Below, piece by piece: positions 38,284 to 52,666 of a DNA stretch of 64,000 bases. Source of the DNA: Eledone cirrhosa (Eukaryota). Position 1 is the stretch's first letter, and every line of letters begins with the position of its first letter. The notes under the pieces were generated by a model. It did not search any database. It saw only the letters and a program-made list of their open reading frames with translations, and was not told the DNA's origin. The translations under genes were made by a program, and so were the position numbers. The DNA lies in NCBI GenBank assembly GCA_964016885.1, contig OZ024744.1, forward strand, positions 131,998,001 to 132,062,000, in the 5' to 3' direction.

Positions 38284-39899
38284 AGGTTTGTCGAAAACCT
38301 TATATAATCATTTTTATTTAGGTTCTTCGAAACACCTTATATAATCAATTTTTTTAGGTTTTTCGAAAAACCTTATATAATCAATTTTTTAATACTTTTA
38401 GAAATATTTATATCTGATTTCAAATATTGATTTTATTAGGTTTTTGGAATAATCAATTTTTTTTACGTTTTTCGAAAAATGTTATATAATCAATTTTTTT
38501 TAGGTTTTTCGAATCAATTCAATTTTTATAATCAAATATTTTTAGGTTTTTAGAAAAACCTTATATAATCAAATTTTTTTAGGTTTTTCGAAAAACCTTA
38601 TATAATTAATTTTTTTATACTTTTAGAAATATTTATATCTGATTTCAAATATTGGATTTTTTAGGTTTTTCGATAATCAATTTTTTTTAGATTTTTCGAA
38701 AAATCTTATATAATCAATTTTTTTACGTTTTTAGAAAGACCTTATATAATCAATTTTTTTATACTTTTAGAAATATTTATATCTGATTTCAAATATTGAT
38801 TTTTTTTTTAGGTTTTTCGAAATACCTTATATAATCAATTTTTTTTAGGTTTTTCAAATTACTTTATATAATCAATTTTTTTTATCTGATTTCAAATATT
38901 GATTTTTTTAGCTTTTTCGACAAAATCTTATATAATCAATTTTTTTTAGGTTTTTCGAAAAAGAATGAATTTGAGTTCATAGTCGAAATATATACTTCTG
39001 CATTAATCTTTTTACGTTTTTTTGATTTTTTTTAAAAAAACGTAAAAAATTAATGCTTTTACAAATCTTTTGAAATATTTACTTTCTAGTTTCAAATTTT
39101 GCAGATTAAACTTTTCTCGAAAAACCTAAAAAATCAGTTGTCGAAATCAGAAGTTAATATTTCGAAAAACGCAATTTGAAAAACTCATATTAATTTTTTT
39201 TCGAAAACATTATATAATCAATTTTTTAGAAATATTTATATCTGATTTCAAATATTGATTTTTTTAGGTTTTTCGAAAACCCTATATAATCAATTTTTTT
39301 GTACTTTTAGAAATATCTATATCTGATTTCATGTATTGATTTTTTTATATTTTTCGAAAAAGCTTAGATAATCAATTTTTTTAGGTCTTTCGAAAACATT
39401 ATATAATCAATTTTTTTTAGGTTTTTCGAAAAAACCTTATATAATCAATTTTTTTTAGGTTTTTCAAATATTGATTTTTTTAGCTTTTTCGACAAAATCT
39501 TATATAATCAATTTTTTTTAGGTTTTTCGAAAAAGAATGAATTTGAGTTCATAGTCGAAATATATACTTCTGCATTAATCTTTTTACGTTTTTTTGATTT
39601 TTTTTAAAAAAACGTAAACAATTAATGCTTTTACAAATCTTTTGAAATATTTACTTTCTAGTTTCAAATTTTGCAGATTAAATTTTTCTCGAAAAACCTA
39701 AAAAATCAGTTGTCGAAATCAGAAGTTAATATTTCGTAAAACGCAATTTGAAAAACTCATATTAATTTTTTTTCGAAAACTTATTATATAATCAATTTTT
39801 TTATACTTTTAGAAATATTTATATCTGATTTCAAATATTGATTTTTTTAGGTTTTTCGAAAACCCTATATAATCAATTTTTTTTAGGTTTTTCAAAAAA
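38284..39899 (+). repeat. AT-rich island A5
   Basis: Same boundaries, two module copies. Confidence 0.95.
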
Positions 39900-42800
39900 G
39901 TTACGTTGGGGTTAAGTTAAGTTGGGGTTAAGTTGAGGTTAAGTTAAGTTGTGGTTAAGTTAAGTTGGGGCTAAGTTAAGTTGGGGCTAAGTTAAGTTGG
40001 GGTTAAGTTAAGTTGGGGTTAATTTAAGTTGGGGTTAGGTTAAGTTGGGGATAAGCTAAGTTGGGGATAAGTTAAGTTGGGGTTAAGTTAAGTTGGGTTT
40101 AAGTTAAGCTGGGGTTAAGTTAAGTTGGGGTTAAATTAAGTTGGGGTTAAGTTAAGTTTGGGTTAGGTTAAGTTGGGGATAAGTTAAGTTGGGGATAAGT
40201 TAAGTTGGGGTTAAGTTAAGTTGGGTTTAAGTTAAGTTGGGGTTAAGTTAAGTTGGGGTTAAGTTAAGTTGGGGTTAAGTTAAGTTGCGGTTAGTTAAGT
40301 TGAGTTTAAGTTAAGTTGGGGTTAATTTAAGTTGGGGTTAAGTTAAGTTGGGGTTCAGTTAAGTTGGGGTTAAGTCAAGTTGGGGTTAAGTTAAGTTGGG
40401 GTTAAGTTAAGTTGGGGTTAAGTTAAGTTGGGGTTAAGTTAAGTTGGGGTTGAGTTAAGTTGGGGTTGAGTTAAATTGGGGTTGAGTTAAGTTGGGGTTA
40501 AGTTAAGTTGGGGTTAAGTTAAGTTGGGGTTAAGTTAAGTTGGGGTTGAGTTAAGTTGGGGTTACTTCAAGTTGGGGCTAAGTTAAGTTGGGGCTGAGTT
40601 AAGTTGGGTGTACGTTAAGTTGGGGTTGACTGAAGTTGGGGTTAAGTTAAGTTGGGGTTAAGTTAAGTTAGGGTTAATTTAAGTTGGGGTTATGTTAAGT
40701 TGGGGTTAAGTTAAGTTGGGGTTAAGTAGAGTTGGGGTTAATTTAAGTTGGGGTTAAGTTAAGTTGGTGTTAAGTTGGGGTTAATTTAAGTGGTGGTTAT
40801 GTTAAGTTGGGGTTAAGTTAAGTTGGGGTTAATTTAAATTGGGGTTAAGTTAACTTTGTGGTTAAGTTAAGTTGGAGTTAAGTTAAGTTGGAGTTAAGTT
40901 AAGTTGGGGTTGAGTGAAGTTGGGGTTAAGTTAAGTTGGGGTTAACTTAAGTTGGGTTTGAGTTAAGTTGCGGTTAAGTTAAGTTGGGGTTAAGTTAAGT
41001 TGGGGTTAAGTTAAGTCGGGGTTAATTTAAGTTGGGGTTAAGTTAAGTTGGGGTTAATTTAAGTTGGGGTTAAGTTAAGTTGGGGTTAAGTTAAGTTGGG
41101 GTTAGGTTAAGTTGGGGTTAAGTTAAGTTGGGGTTTAATTAAGTTGGGGTTGAGTTAAGTTGGGGTTGACTTAAGTTGGGCTTAAGTTAAGTTGGGGTTA
41201 AGTTAAGATGTGGTTAAGTTAAGTTGGGGATAAGTTAAGTTGGGGATAAGTTAAGTTGGGGTTAAGTTAAGTTGGGTTTAAGTTAAGTTGGGGTTAAGTT
41301 AAGTTGGGGTTTAATTAAGTTGGGGTTGAGTTAAGTTGGGGTTGACTTAAGTTGGGCTTAAGTTAAGTTGGGGTTAAGTTAAGATGTGGTTAAGTTAAGT
41401 TGGGGTTAAGTTAAGTTGGGGTTAAATTAAGTTGGGGTTAAGTTAAGTTGGGGGTAAGGTAAGTTGGTGGTAAGTTAAGTTGGGGGTAAGTTAAGATGGG
41501 GCTAAGTTAAGTTGGGGTTAAGTTAATTTGGGGTTAAGTTAAGTTAGGGTTAAGTTAAGTTGGGGTTGACTTAAGTTGGGGTTAAGTTAAGTTGGGGTTA
41601 TGTTAAGTTGGGTTTAAGTTAAGTTGGGGTTAAGTTAAGTTGCGGTTAAGTTAAGTTGCGGTTAAGTTAAGTTGGGGTTAAGTTAAGTTGGGGTTAAGTT
41701 AAGTTGGGGTTAAGTTAAGTTGGGGTTAATTTAAGTTGGGGTTAAATTAAGTTGGGGTTAATTTAAGTTGGGGGTTAAGATAAGTTGGGGTTAAGTTAAG
41801 TTGGGGTTAAATTAAGTTGGGGTTAAGTTAAGTTGGGGTTAATTTAAGTTGGGGTTAAGTTAAGTTGGGGTTGAGTTAAGTTGGGGGTAAGTTAAGTTGG
41901 GGGTAATTTAAGTTGGGTGTAAGTTAAGATGGGGTTAAGTTAAGTTGGGGTTAAGTTATTTTGGGGTTAAGTTAAGTTGGGGGTAAGTTAAGTTGGTGAT
42001 AAGTTAAGTTGGGGGTAAGTTAAGTTGGGGTTAAGTTAAGTTGGGTTAAGTTGGGGTTAAGTTAAGTTAGGGTTAAGTTAAGTTGGGGTTGAGTTAAGTT
42101 GGGGTTAAGTTAAGAGGTGGTTATGTTCAGTTGGGGTTAAGTTAAGTTGGGGTTAAGTTAAGTTGGGGTTAAGTTAAGTTGGGGTTAAGATAAGTTGGGG
42201 TTAAGTTAAGTTGGGGTTGAGTTAAGTTGGGGTTGAGTTAATTTGGGGTTAAGTTAAGTTGGGGTTAACTTAATTTGGGTTTAATTTAAGTTGGGGTTAA
42301 GTTAAGTTGGGGTTAAATTAAGTTGGGATTAAGTTAAGTTGGGTGTACGTTAAGTTGGGGTTGACTGAAGTTGGGGTTAAGTTAAGTTGGGGTTAAGTAG
42401 AGTTGGGGTTAATTTAAGTTGGGGTTAAGTTAAGTTGGTGTTAAGTTGGGGTTAAGTTAAGTTGGGGTTAAGTTGGGGTTAAGTTAAGTGGTGGTTATGT
42501 TAAGTTGGGGTTAAGTTAAGTTGGGGTTAATTTAAATTGGGGTTAAGTTAACTTTGTGGTTAAGTTAAGTTGGAGTTAAGTTAAGTTGGGGTTAAGTTAA
42601 GTTGGGGTTGAGTGAAGTTGGGGTTAATTTAAGTTGGGGTTCAGTTAAGTTGGGGTTAAGTTAAGTTGGGGTTGAGTTAAGTTGGGGTTAATTTAAGTTG
42701 AGGTTATTTTAAGTTGGGGTTAAGTTAAGTTGGGGTTAAGTTAAGTTGGGGTTAAGTTAAGTTGGGGTTAAGTTAAGTTGGGGTTAAGTTAAGTTGGGTT

Positions 42801-43253
42801 TAAGTTAAGTTGGGGTTAAATTAAGTTGGGGTTAAATTAAAGTGGGGTTAAGTTAAGTTGGGGGTAAGTTAAGTTGGGGGCAAGTTAAGTTGGTGTTAAG
42901 TTAAGTTGGGGTTAAGTTAAGTTGGGGTTAAGTTAAGTTGGGTTTAAGTTAAGTTGGGACTAAGTTAAGTTAGGGCTAAGTTCAGTTGGGGTAAAGTTAA
43001 GTTGGGGCTAAGTTAAGTTGGGTATAAGTTGAGTTGGGGTTAAGTTAAGATGGGGTTAAGTTAAGTTGGGGTTAAATTAAGTTGGGGTTAATTAAGTTGG
43101 GGTTAAGTTAAGTTGGGGTTAAGTTAAGTTGGGGTTAATTTAAGTTGGGGTTGTGTTAATTTGGGGTTAAGTTAAGTTGGGGTTATATTAAGTTGGGGTT
43201 AAGTTAAATTGAGGTTAAGATAACTTGGGTTTGCGTTAAGATGGGGTTAAGTT

Positions 43254-45443
43254 AGGTTTTTCGAAAACCTTATATAATCATTTTTATTTAGGTTCTTCGA
43301 AACACCTTATATAATCAATTTTTTTAGGTTTTTCGAAAAACCTTATATAATCAATTTTTTAATACTTTTAGAAATATTTATATCTGATTTCAAATATTGA
43401 TTTTATTAGGTTTTTGGAATAATCAATTTTTTTTACGTTTTTCGAAAAATGTTATATAATCAATTTTTTTTAGGTTTTTCGAATCAATTCAATTTTTATA
43501 ATCAAATATTTTTAGGTTTTTAGAAAAACCTTATATAATCAAATTTTTTTAGGTTTTTCGAAAAACCTTATATAATTAATTTTTTTATACTTTTAGAAAT
43601 ATTTATATCTGATTTCAAATATTGGATTTTTTAGGTTTTTCGATAATCAATTTTTTTTAGATTTTTCGAAAAATCTTATATAATCAATTTTTTTACGTTT
43701 TTAGAAAGACCTTATATAATCAATTTTTTTATACTTTTAGAAATATTTATATCTGATTTCAAATATTGATTTTTTTTTTAGGTTTTTCGAAATACCTTAT
43801 ATAATCAATTTTTTTTAGGTTTTTCAAATTACTTTATATAATCAATTTTTTTTATCTGATTTCAAATATTGATTTTTTTAGCTTTTTCGACAAAATCTTA
43901 TATAATCAATTTTTTTTAGGTTTTTCGAAAAAGAATGAATTTGAGTTCATAGTCGAAATATATACTTCTGCATTAATCTTTTTACGTTTTTTTGATTTTT
44001 TTTAAAAAAACGTAAAAAATTAATGCTTTTACAAATCTTTTGAAATATTTACTTTCTAGTTTCAAATTTTGCAGATTAAATTTTTCTCGAAAAACCTAAA
44101 AAATCAGTTGTCGAAATCAGAAGTTAATATTTCGAAAAACGCAATTTGAAAAACTCATATTAATTTTTTTTCGAAAACATTATATAATCAATTTTTTAGA
44201 AATATTTATATCTGATTTCAAATATTGATTTTTTTAGGTTTTTCGAAAACCCTATATAATCAATTTTTTTGTACTTTTAGAAATATCTATATCTGATTTC
44301 ATGTATTGATTTTTTTATATTTTTCGAAAAAGCTTAGATAATCAATTTTTTTAGGTCTTTCGAAAACATTATATAATCAATTTTTTTTTAGGTTTTTCGA
44401 AAAAACCTTATATAATCAATTTTTTTTAGGTTTTTCAAATATTGATTTTTTTAGCTTTTTCGACAAAATCTTATATAATCAATTTTTTTTAGGTTTTTCG
44501 AAAAAGAATGAATTTGAGTTCATAGTCGAAATATATACTTCTGCATTAATCTTTTTACGTTTTTTTGATTTTTTTTAAAAAAACGTAAAAAATTAATGCT
44601 TTTACAAATCTTTTGAAATATTTACTTTCTAGTTTCAAATTTTGCAGATTAAATTTTTCTCGAAAAACCTAAAAAATCAGTTGTCGAAATCAGAAGTTAA
44701 TATTTCGAAAAACGCAATTTGAAAAACTCATATTAATTTTTTTTCGAAAACATTATATAATCAATTTTTTAGAAATATTTATATCTGATTTCAAATATTG
44801 ATTTTTTTAGGTTTTTCGAAAACCCTATATAATCAATTTTTTTGTACTTTTAGAAATATCTATATCTGATTTCATGTATTGATTTTTTTATATTTTTCGA
44901 AAAAGCTTAGATAATCAATTTTTTTAGGTCTTTCGAAAACATTATATAATCAATTTTTTTTTAGGTTTTTCGAAAAAACCTTATATAATCAATTTTTTTT
45001 AGGTTTTTCAAATATTGATTTTTTTAGCTTTTTCGACAGAATCTTATATAATCAATTTTTTTTAGGTTTTTCGAAAAAGAATGAATTTGAGTTCATAGTC
45101 GAAATATATACTTCTGCATTAATCTTTTTACGTTTTTTTGATTTTTTTTAAAAAAACGTAAAAAATTAATGCTTTTACAAATCTTTTGAAATATTTACTT
45201 TCTAGTTTCAAATTTTGCAGATTAAATTTTTCTCGAAAAACCTAAAAAATCAGTTGTCGAAATCAGAAGTTAATATTTCGTAAAACTCAATTTGAAAAAC
45301 TCATATTAATTTTTTTTCGAAAACTTATTATATAATCAATTTTTTTATACTTTTAGAAATATTTATATCTGATTTCAAATATTGATTTTTTTAGGTTTTT
45401 CGAAAACCCTATATAATCAATTTTTTTTAGGTTTTTCAAAAAA
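43254..45443 (+). repeat. AT-rich island A6 (three module copies)
   Basis: Marker at 43933, 44506, 45079 (573-bp spacing). Confidence 0.95.
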
Positions 45444-45936
45444 GTTACGTTGGGGTTAAGTTAAGTTGGGGTTAAGTTGAGGTTAAGTTAAGTTGTGGTT
45501 AAGTTAAGTTCGGGCTAAGTTAAGTTGGGGCTAAGTTAAGTTGGGGTTAAGTTAAGTTGGGGTTAATTTAAGTTGGGGTTAGGTTAAGTTGGGGATAAGC
45601 TAAGTTGGGGATAAGTTAAGTTGGGGTTAAGTTAAGTTGGGTTTAAGTTAAGCTGGGGTTAAGTTAAGTTGGGGTTAAATTAAGTTGGGGTTAAGTTAAG
45701 TTTGGGTTAGGTTAAGTTGGGGATAAGTTAAGTTGGGGATAAGTTAAGTTGGGGTTAAGTTAAGTTGGGTTTAAGTTAAGTTGGGGTTAAGTTAAGTTGG
45801 GGTTAAGTTAAGTTGGGGTTAAGTTAAGTTGCGGTTAGTTAAGTTGAGTTTAAGTTAAGTTGGGGTTAATTTAAGTTGGGGTTCAGTTAAATTGAGGTTA
45901 AGATAACTTGGGTTTGCGTTAAGATGGGGTTAAGTT

Positions 45937-47451
45937 AGGTTTGTCGAAAACCTTATATAATCATTTTTATTTAGGTTCTTCGAAACACCTTATATAATCA
46001 ATTTTTTTAGGTTTTTCGAAAAACCTTATATAATCAATTTTTTAATACTTTTAGAAATATTTATATCTGATTTCAAATATTGATTTTATTAGGTTTTTGG
46101 AATAATCAATTTTTTTTACGTTTTTCGAAAAATGTTATATAATCAATTTTTTTTAGGTTTTTCGAATCAATTCAATTTTTATAATCAAATATTTTTAGGT
46201 TTTTAGAAAAACCTTATATAATCAAATTTTTTTAGGTTTTTCGAAAAACCTTATATAATTAATTTTTTTATACTTTTAGAAATATTTATATCTGATTTCA
46301 AATATTGGATTTTTTAGGTTTTTCGATAATCAATTTTTTTTAGATTTTTCGAAAAATCTTATATAATCAATTTTTTTACGTTTTTAGAAAGACCTTATAT
46401 AATCAATTTTTTTATACTTTTAGAAATATTTATATCTGATTTCAAATATTGATTTTTTTTTTAGGTTTTTCGAAATACCTTATATAATCAATTTTTTTTA
46501 GGTTTTTCAAATTACTTTATATAATCAATTTTTTTTATCTGATTTCAAATATTGATTTTTTTAGCTTTTTCGACAAAATCTTATATAATCAATTTTTTTT
46601 AGGTTTTTCGAAAAAGAATGAATTTGAGTTCATAGTCGAAATATATACTTCTGCATTAATCTTTTTACGTTTTTTTGATTTTTTTTAAAAAAACGTAAAA
46701 AATTAATGCTTTTACAAATCTTTTGAAATATTTACTTTCTAGTTTCAAATTTTGCAGATTAAATTTTTCTCGAAAAACCTAAAAAATCAGTTGTCGAAAT
46801 CAGAAGTTAATATTTCGAAAAACGCAATTTGAAAAACTCATATTAATTTTTTTTCGAAAACATTATATAATCAATTTTTTAGAAATATTTATATCTGATT
46901 TCAAATATTGATTTTTTTAGGTTTTTCGAAAACCCTATATAATCAATTTTTTTGTACTTTTAGAAATATCTATATCTGATTTCATGTATTGATTTTTTTA
47001 TATTTTTCGAAAAAGCTTAGATAATCAATTTTTTTAGGTCTTTCGAAAACACTATATAATCAATTTTTTTTAGGTTTTTCGAAAAAGAATGAATTTGAGT
47101 TCATAGTCGAAATATATACTTCTGCATTAATCTTTTTACGTTTTTTTGATTTTTTTTAAAAAAACGTAAACAATTAATGCTTTTACAAATCTTTTGAAAT
47201 ATTTACTTTCTAGTTTCAAATTTTGCAGATTAAATTTTTCTCGAAAAACCTAAAAAATCAGTTGTCGAAATCAGAAGTTAATATTTCGTAAAACGCAATT
47301 TGAAAAACTCATATTAATTTTTTTTCGAAAACTTATTATATAATCAATTTTTTTATACTTTTAGAAATATTTATATCTGATTTCAAATATTGATTTTTTT
47401 AGGTTTTTCGAAAACCCTATATAATCAATTTTTTTTAGGTTTTTCAAAAAA
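45937..47451 (+). repeat. AT-rich island A7 (about 102-bp internal deletion)
   Basis: Module markers at 46616 and 47087 are 471 bp apart instead of 573. Confidence 0.93.
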
Positions 47452-50400
47452 GTTACGTTGGGGTTAAGTTAAGTTGGGGTTAAGTTGAGGTTAAGTTAAG
47501 TTGTGGTTAAGTTAAGTTGGGGCTAAGTTAAGTTGGGGCTAAGTTAAGTTGGGGTTAAGTTAAGTTGGGGTTAATTTAAGTTGGGGTTAGGTTAAGTTGG
47601 GGATAAGCTAAGTTGGGGATAAGTTAAGTTGGGGTTAAGTTAAGTTGGGTTTAAGTTAAGCTGGGGTTAAGTTAAGTTGGGGTTAAATTAAGTTGGGGTT
47701 AAGTTAAGTTTGGGTTAGGTTAAGTTGGGGATAAGTTAAGTTGGGGATAAGTTAAGTTGGGGTTAAGTTAAGTTGGGTTTAAGTTAAGTTGGGGTTAAGT
47801 TAAGTTGGGGTTAAGTTAAGTTGGGGTTAAGTTAAGTTGCGGTTAGTTAAGTTGAGTTTAAGTTAAGTTGGGGTTAATTTAAGTTGGGGTTAAGTTAAGT
47901 TGGGGTTCAGTTAAGTTGGGGTTAAGTCAAGTTGGGGTTAAGTTAAGTTGGGGTTAAGTTAAGTTGGGGTTAAGTTAAGTTGGGGTTAAGTTAAGTTGGG
48001 GTTGAGTTAAGTTGGGGTTGAGTTAAATTGGGGTTGAGTTAAGTTGGGGTTAAGTTAAGTTGGGGTTAAGTTAAGTTGGGGTTAAGTTAAGTTGGGGTTG
48101 AGTTAAGTTGGGGTTACTTCAAGTTGGGGCTAAGTTAAGTTGGGGCTGAGTTAAGTTGGGTGTACGTTAAGTTGGGGTTGACTGAAGTTGGGGTTAAGTT
48201 AAGTTGGGGTTAAGTTAAGTTAGGGTTAATTTAAGTTGGGGTTATGTTAAGTTGGGGTTAAGTTAAGTTGGGGTTAAGTAGAGTTGGGGTTAATTTAAGT
48301 TGGGGTTAAGTTAAGTTGGTGTTAAGTTGGGGTTAATTTAAGTGGTGGTTATGTTAAGTTGGGGTTAAGTTAAGTTGGGGTTAATTTAAATTGGGGTTAA
48401 GTTAACTTTGTGGTTAAGTTAAGTTGGAGTTAAGTTAAGTTGGAGTTAAGTTAAGTTGGGGTTGAGTGAAGTTGGGGTTAAGTTAAGTTGGGGTTAACTT
48501 AAGTTGGGTTTGAGTTAAGTTGCGGTTAAGTTAAGTTGGGGTTAAGTTAAGTTGGGGTTAAGTTAAGTCGGGGTTAATTTAAGTTGGGGTTAAGTTAAGT
48601 TGGGGTTAATTTAAGTTGGGGTTAAGTTAAGTTTAGGTTAAGTTAAGTTGGGGTTAAATTAAGTTGGGGTTAAGTTAAGTTGGGGTTAAGTTAAGTTGGG
48701 GTTAGGTTAAGTTGGGGATAAGTTAAGTTGGGGATAAGTTAAGTTGGGGTTAAGTTAAGTTGGGTTTAAGTTAAGTTGGGGTTAAGTTAAGTTGGGGTTT
48801 AATTAAGTTGGGGTTGAGTTAAGTTGGGGTTGACTTAAGTTGGGCTTAAGTTAAGTTGGGGTTAAGTTAAGATGTGGTTAAGTTAAGTTGGGGTTAAGTT
48901 AAGTTGGGGTTAAATTAAGTTGGGGTTAAGTTAAGTTGGGGGTAAGGTAAGTTGGTGGTAAGTTAAGTTGGGGGTAAGTTAAGATGGGGCTAAGTTAAGT
49001 TGGGGTTAAGTTAATTTGGGGTTAAGTTAAGTTAGGGTTAAGTTAAGTTGGGGTTGACTTAAGTTGGGGTTAAGTTAAGTTGGGGTTATGTTAAGTTGGG
49101 TTTAAGTTAAGTTGGGGTTAAGTTAAGTTGCGGTTAAGTTAAGTTGCGGTTAAGTTAAGTTGGGGTTAAGTTAAGTTGGGGTTAAGTTAAGTTGGGGTTA
49201 AGTTAAGTTGGGGTTAATTTAAGTTGGGGTTAAATTAAGTTGGGGTTAATTTAAGTTGGGGGTTAAGATAAGTTGGGGTTAAGTTAAGTTGGGGTTAAAT
49301 TAAGTTGGGGTTAAGTTAAGTTGGGGTTAATTTAAGTTGGGGTTAAGTTAAGTTGGGGTTGAGTTAAGTTGGGGGTAAGTTAAGTTGGGGGTAATTTAAG
49401 TTGGGTGTAAGTTAAGATGGGGTTAAGTTAAGTTGGGGTTAAGTTATTTTGGGGTTAAGTTAAGTTGGGGGTAAGTTAAGTTGGTGATAAGTTAAGTTGG
49501 GGGTAAGTTAAGTTGGGGTTAAGTTAAGTTGGGTTAAGTTGGGGTTAAGTTAAGTTAGGGTTAAGTTAAGTTGGGGTTGAGTTAAGTTGGGGTTAAGTTA
49601 AGAGGTGGTTATGTTCAGTTGGGGTTAAGTTAAGTTGGGGTTAAGTTAAGTTGGGGTTAAGTTAAGTTGGGGTTAAGATAAGTTGGGGTTAAGTTAAGTT
49701 GGGGTTGAGTTAAGTTGGGGTTGAGTTAATTTGGGGTTAAGTTAAGTTGGGGTTAACTTAATTTGGGTTTAATTTAAGTTGGGGTTAAGTTAAGTTGGGG
49801 TTAAATTAAGTTGGGATTAAGTTAAGTTGGGTGTACGTTAAGTTGGGGTTGACTGAAGTTGGGGTTAAGTTAAGTTGGGGTTAAGTAGAGTTGGGGTTAA
49901 TTTAAGTTGGGGTTAAGTTAAGTTGGTGTTAAGTTGGGGTTAAGTTAAGTTGGGGTTAAGTTGGGGTTAAGTTAAGTGGTGGTTATGTTAAGTTGGGGTT
50001 AAGTTAAGTTGGGGTTAATTTAAATTGGGGTTAAGTTAACTTTGTGGTTAAGTTAAGTTGGAGTTAAGTTAAGTTGGGGTTAAGTTAAGTTGGGGTTGAG
50101 TGAAGTTGGGGTTAATTTAAGTTGGGGTTCAGTTAAGTTGGGGTTAAGTTAAGTTGGGGTTGAGTTAAGTTGGGGTTAATTTAAGTTGAGGTTATTTTAA
50201 GTTGGGGTTAAGTTAAGTTGGGGTTAAGTTAAGTTGGGGTTAAGTTAAGTTGGGGTTAAGTTAAGTTGGGGTTAAGTTAAGTTGGGTTTAAGTTAAGTTG
50301 GGGTTAAATTAAGTTGGGGTTAAATTAAAGTGGGGTTAAGTTAAGTTGGGGGTAAGTTAAGTTGGGGGCAAGTTAAGTTGGTGTTAAGTTAAGTTGGGGT

Positions 50401-52666
50401 TAAGTTAAGTTGGGGTTAAGTTAAGTTGGGTTTAAGTTAAGTTGGGACTAAGTTAAGTTAGGGCTAAGTTCAGTTGGGGTAAAGTTAAGTTGGGGCTAAG
50501 TTAAGTTGGGTATAAGTTGAGTTGGGGTTAAGTTAAGATGGGGTTAAGTTAAGTTGGGGTTAAATTAAGTTGGGGTTAATTAAGTTGGGGTTAAGTTAAG
50601 TTGGGGTTAAGTTAAGTTGGGGTTAATTTAAGTTGGGGTTATATTAAGTTGGGGTTAAGTTAAGTTGGGTTTAAGTTAAGTTGTGGTTAAGTTAAGTTGG
50701 GGTTAAGTTAAGTTAGGGTTAATTTAAGTTGGGGTTATGTTAAGTTGGGGTTAAGTTAAGTTGGGGTTAAGTAGAGTTGGGGTTAATTTAAGTTGGGGTT
50801 AAGTTAAGTTGGTGTTAAGTTGGGGTTAAGTTAAGTTGGGGTTAAGTTGGGGTTAAGTTGAGTGGTGGTTATGTTAAGTTGGGGTTAAGTTAAGTTGGGG
50901 TTAATTTAAATTGGGGTTAAGTTAACTTTGTGGTTAAGTTAAGTTGGAGTTAAGTTAAGTTGGGGTTAAGTTAAGTTGGGGTTGAGTGAAGTTGGGGTTA
51001 AGTTAAGTTGGGGTTAACTTAAGTTGGGGTTAAGTTAAGTTGGGGTTAAATTAAGTTGGGTTAAATTAAGGTGGGGTTAAGTTAAGTTGGGGGTAAGTTA
51101 AGTTGGGGGCAAGTTAAGTTGGTGTTAAGTTAAGTTGGGGTTAAGTTAAGTTGGGGTTAAGTTAAGTTGGGTTTAAGTTAAGTTGGGACTAAGTTAAGTT
51201 AGGGCTAAGTTAAGTTGGGGTTAAGTTAAGTTGGGGCTAAGTTAAGTTGGGTCTAAGTTGAGTTGGGGTTAAGTTAAGTTGGGGTTAAGTTAAGTTGGGG
51301 TTAAATTAAGTTGGGGTTAATTAAGTTGGGGTTAAGTTAAGTTGGGGTTAAGTTAAGTTGGGGTTAATTTAAGTTGGGGTTGTGTTAAGTTGGGGTTAAG
51401 TTAAGTTGGGGATAAGTTAAGTTGGGGTTAAGTTAAGTTGGGGGTAAGTTAAGTTGGTGGTAAGTTAAGTTGAGTTTAAGTTAAGTTGGGGTTAATTTAA
51501 GTTGGGGTTAAGTTAAGTTGGGGTTCAGTTAAGTTGGGGTTAAGTTAAGTTGGGGTTAAGTTAAGTTGGTTTAAGTTAAGTTGGGGTTAGGTTAAGTTGG
51601 GGATAAGTTAAGTTGGGGATAAGCTAAGTAGGGGTTAAGTTAAGTTGGGTTTTAGTTAAGTTGGGGTTAAGTTAAGTTAGGCTTAACTTAAGTTGGGGTT
51701 AAGTTAAGTTGGGGGTAAATTAAGTTGGGGGTAAGTTAAGTTGGGGTTAAGTTAAGTTGGGGTTAAGTTAAGTGGTGGTTATGTTAAGTTGGGGTTAAGT
51801 TAAGTTGGGGTTAAATTAAGTTGGGGTTAAGTTAAGTTGGGTGTAAGTTAAGTTGGGGTTAAGTTAAGTTGGGTTTAAGTTAAGTTGGGGTTAAGTTAAG
51901 TTGGGGTTTAATTAAGTTGGGGTTGAGTTAAGTTGGGGTTGACTTAAGTTGGGCTTAAGTTAAGTTGGGGTTAAGTTAAGATGTGGTTAAGTTAAGTTGG
52001 GGTTAAGTTAAGTTGGGGTTAAATTAAGTTGGGGTTAAGTTAAGTTGGGGGTAAGGTAAGTTGGTGGTAAGTTAAGTTGGGCGTAAGTTAAGATGGGGCT
52101 AAGTTAAGTTGGGGTTAAGTTAATTTGGGGTTAAGTTAAGTTAGGGTTAAGTTAAGTTGGGGTTGACTTAAGTTGGGGTTAAGTTAAGTTGGGGTTATGT
52201 TAAGTTGGGTTTAAGTTAAGTTGGGGTTAAGTTAAGTTGGGGTTAAGTTAAGTTGCGGTTAAGTTAAGTTGGGGTTAAGTTAAGTTGGGGTTAAGTTAAG
52301 TTGGGGTTAAGTTAAGTTGGGGTTAATTTAAGTTGGGGTTAAATTAAGTTGGGGTTAATTTAAGTTGGGGGTTAAGATAAGTTGGGGTTAAGTTAAGTTG
52401 GGGTTAAATTAAGTTGGGGTTAAGTTAAGTTGGGGTTAATTTAAGTTGGGGTTAAGTTAAGTTGGGGTTGAGTTAAGTTGGGGGTAAGTTAAGTTGGGGG
52501 TAAGTTAAGTTGGGTGTAAGTTAAGATGGGGTTAAGTTAAGTTGGGGTTAAGTTATTTTGGGGTTAAGTTAAGTTGGGGGTAAGTTAAGTTGGGGTTAAT
52601 TTAAGTTGGGGATCAGTTAAATTGAGGTTAAGATAACTTGGGTTTGCGTTAAGATGGGGTTAAGTT

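Larger units (their letters stand above)
35550..50660 (+). repeat. Higher-order tandem duplication of about 7.65 kb (island doublet plus satellite)
   Basis: A4 to A6 offset 7654 bp, A5 to A7 offset 7653 bp; shared variants cgacagaatc and aaactcaattt; downstream satellite variants recur in order. Confidence 0.85.
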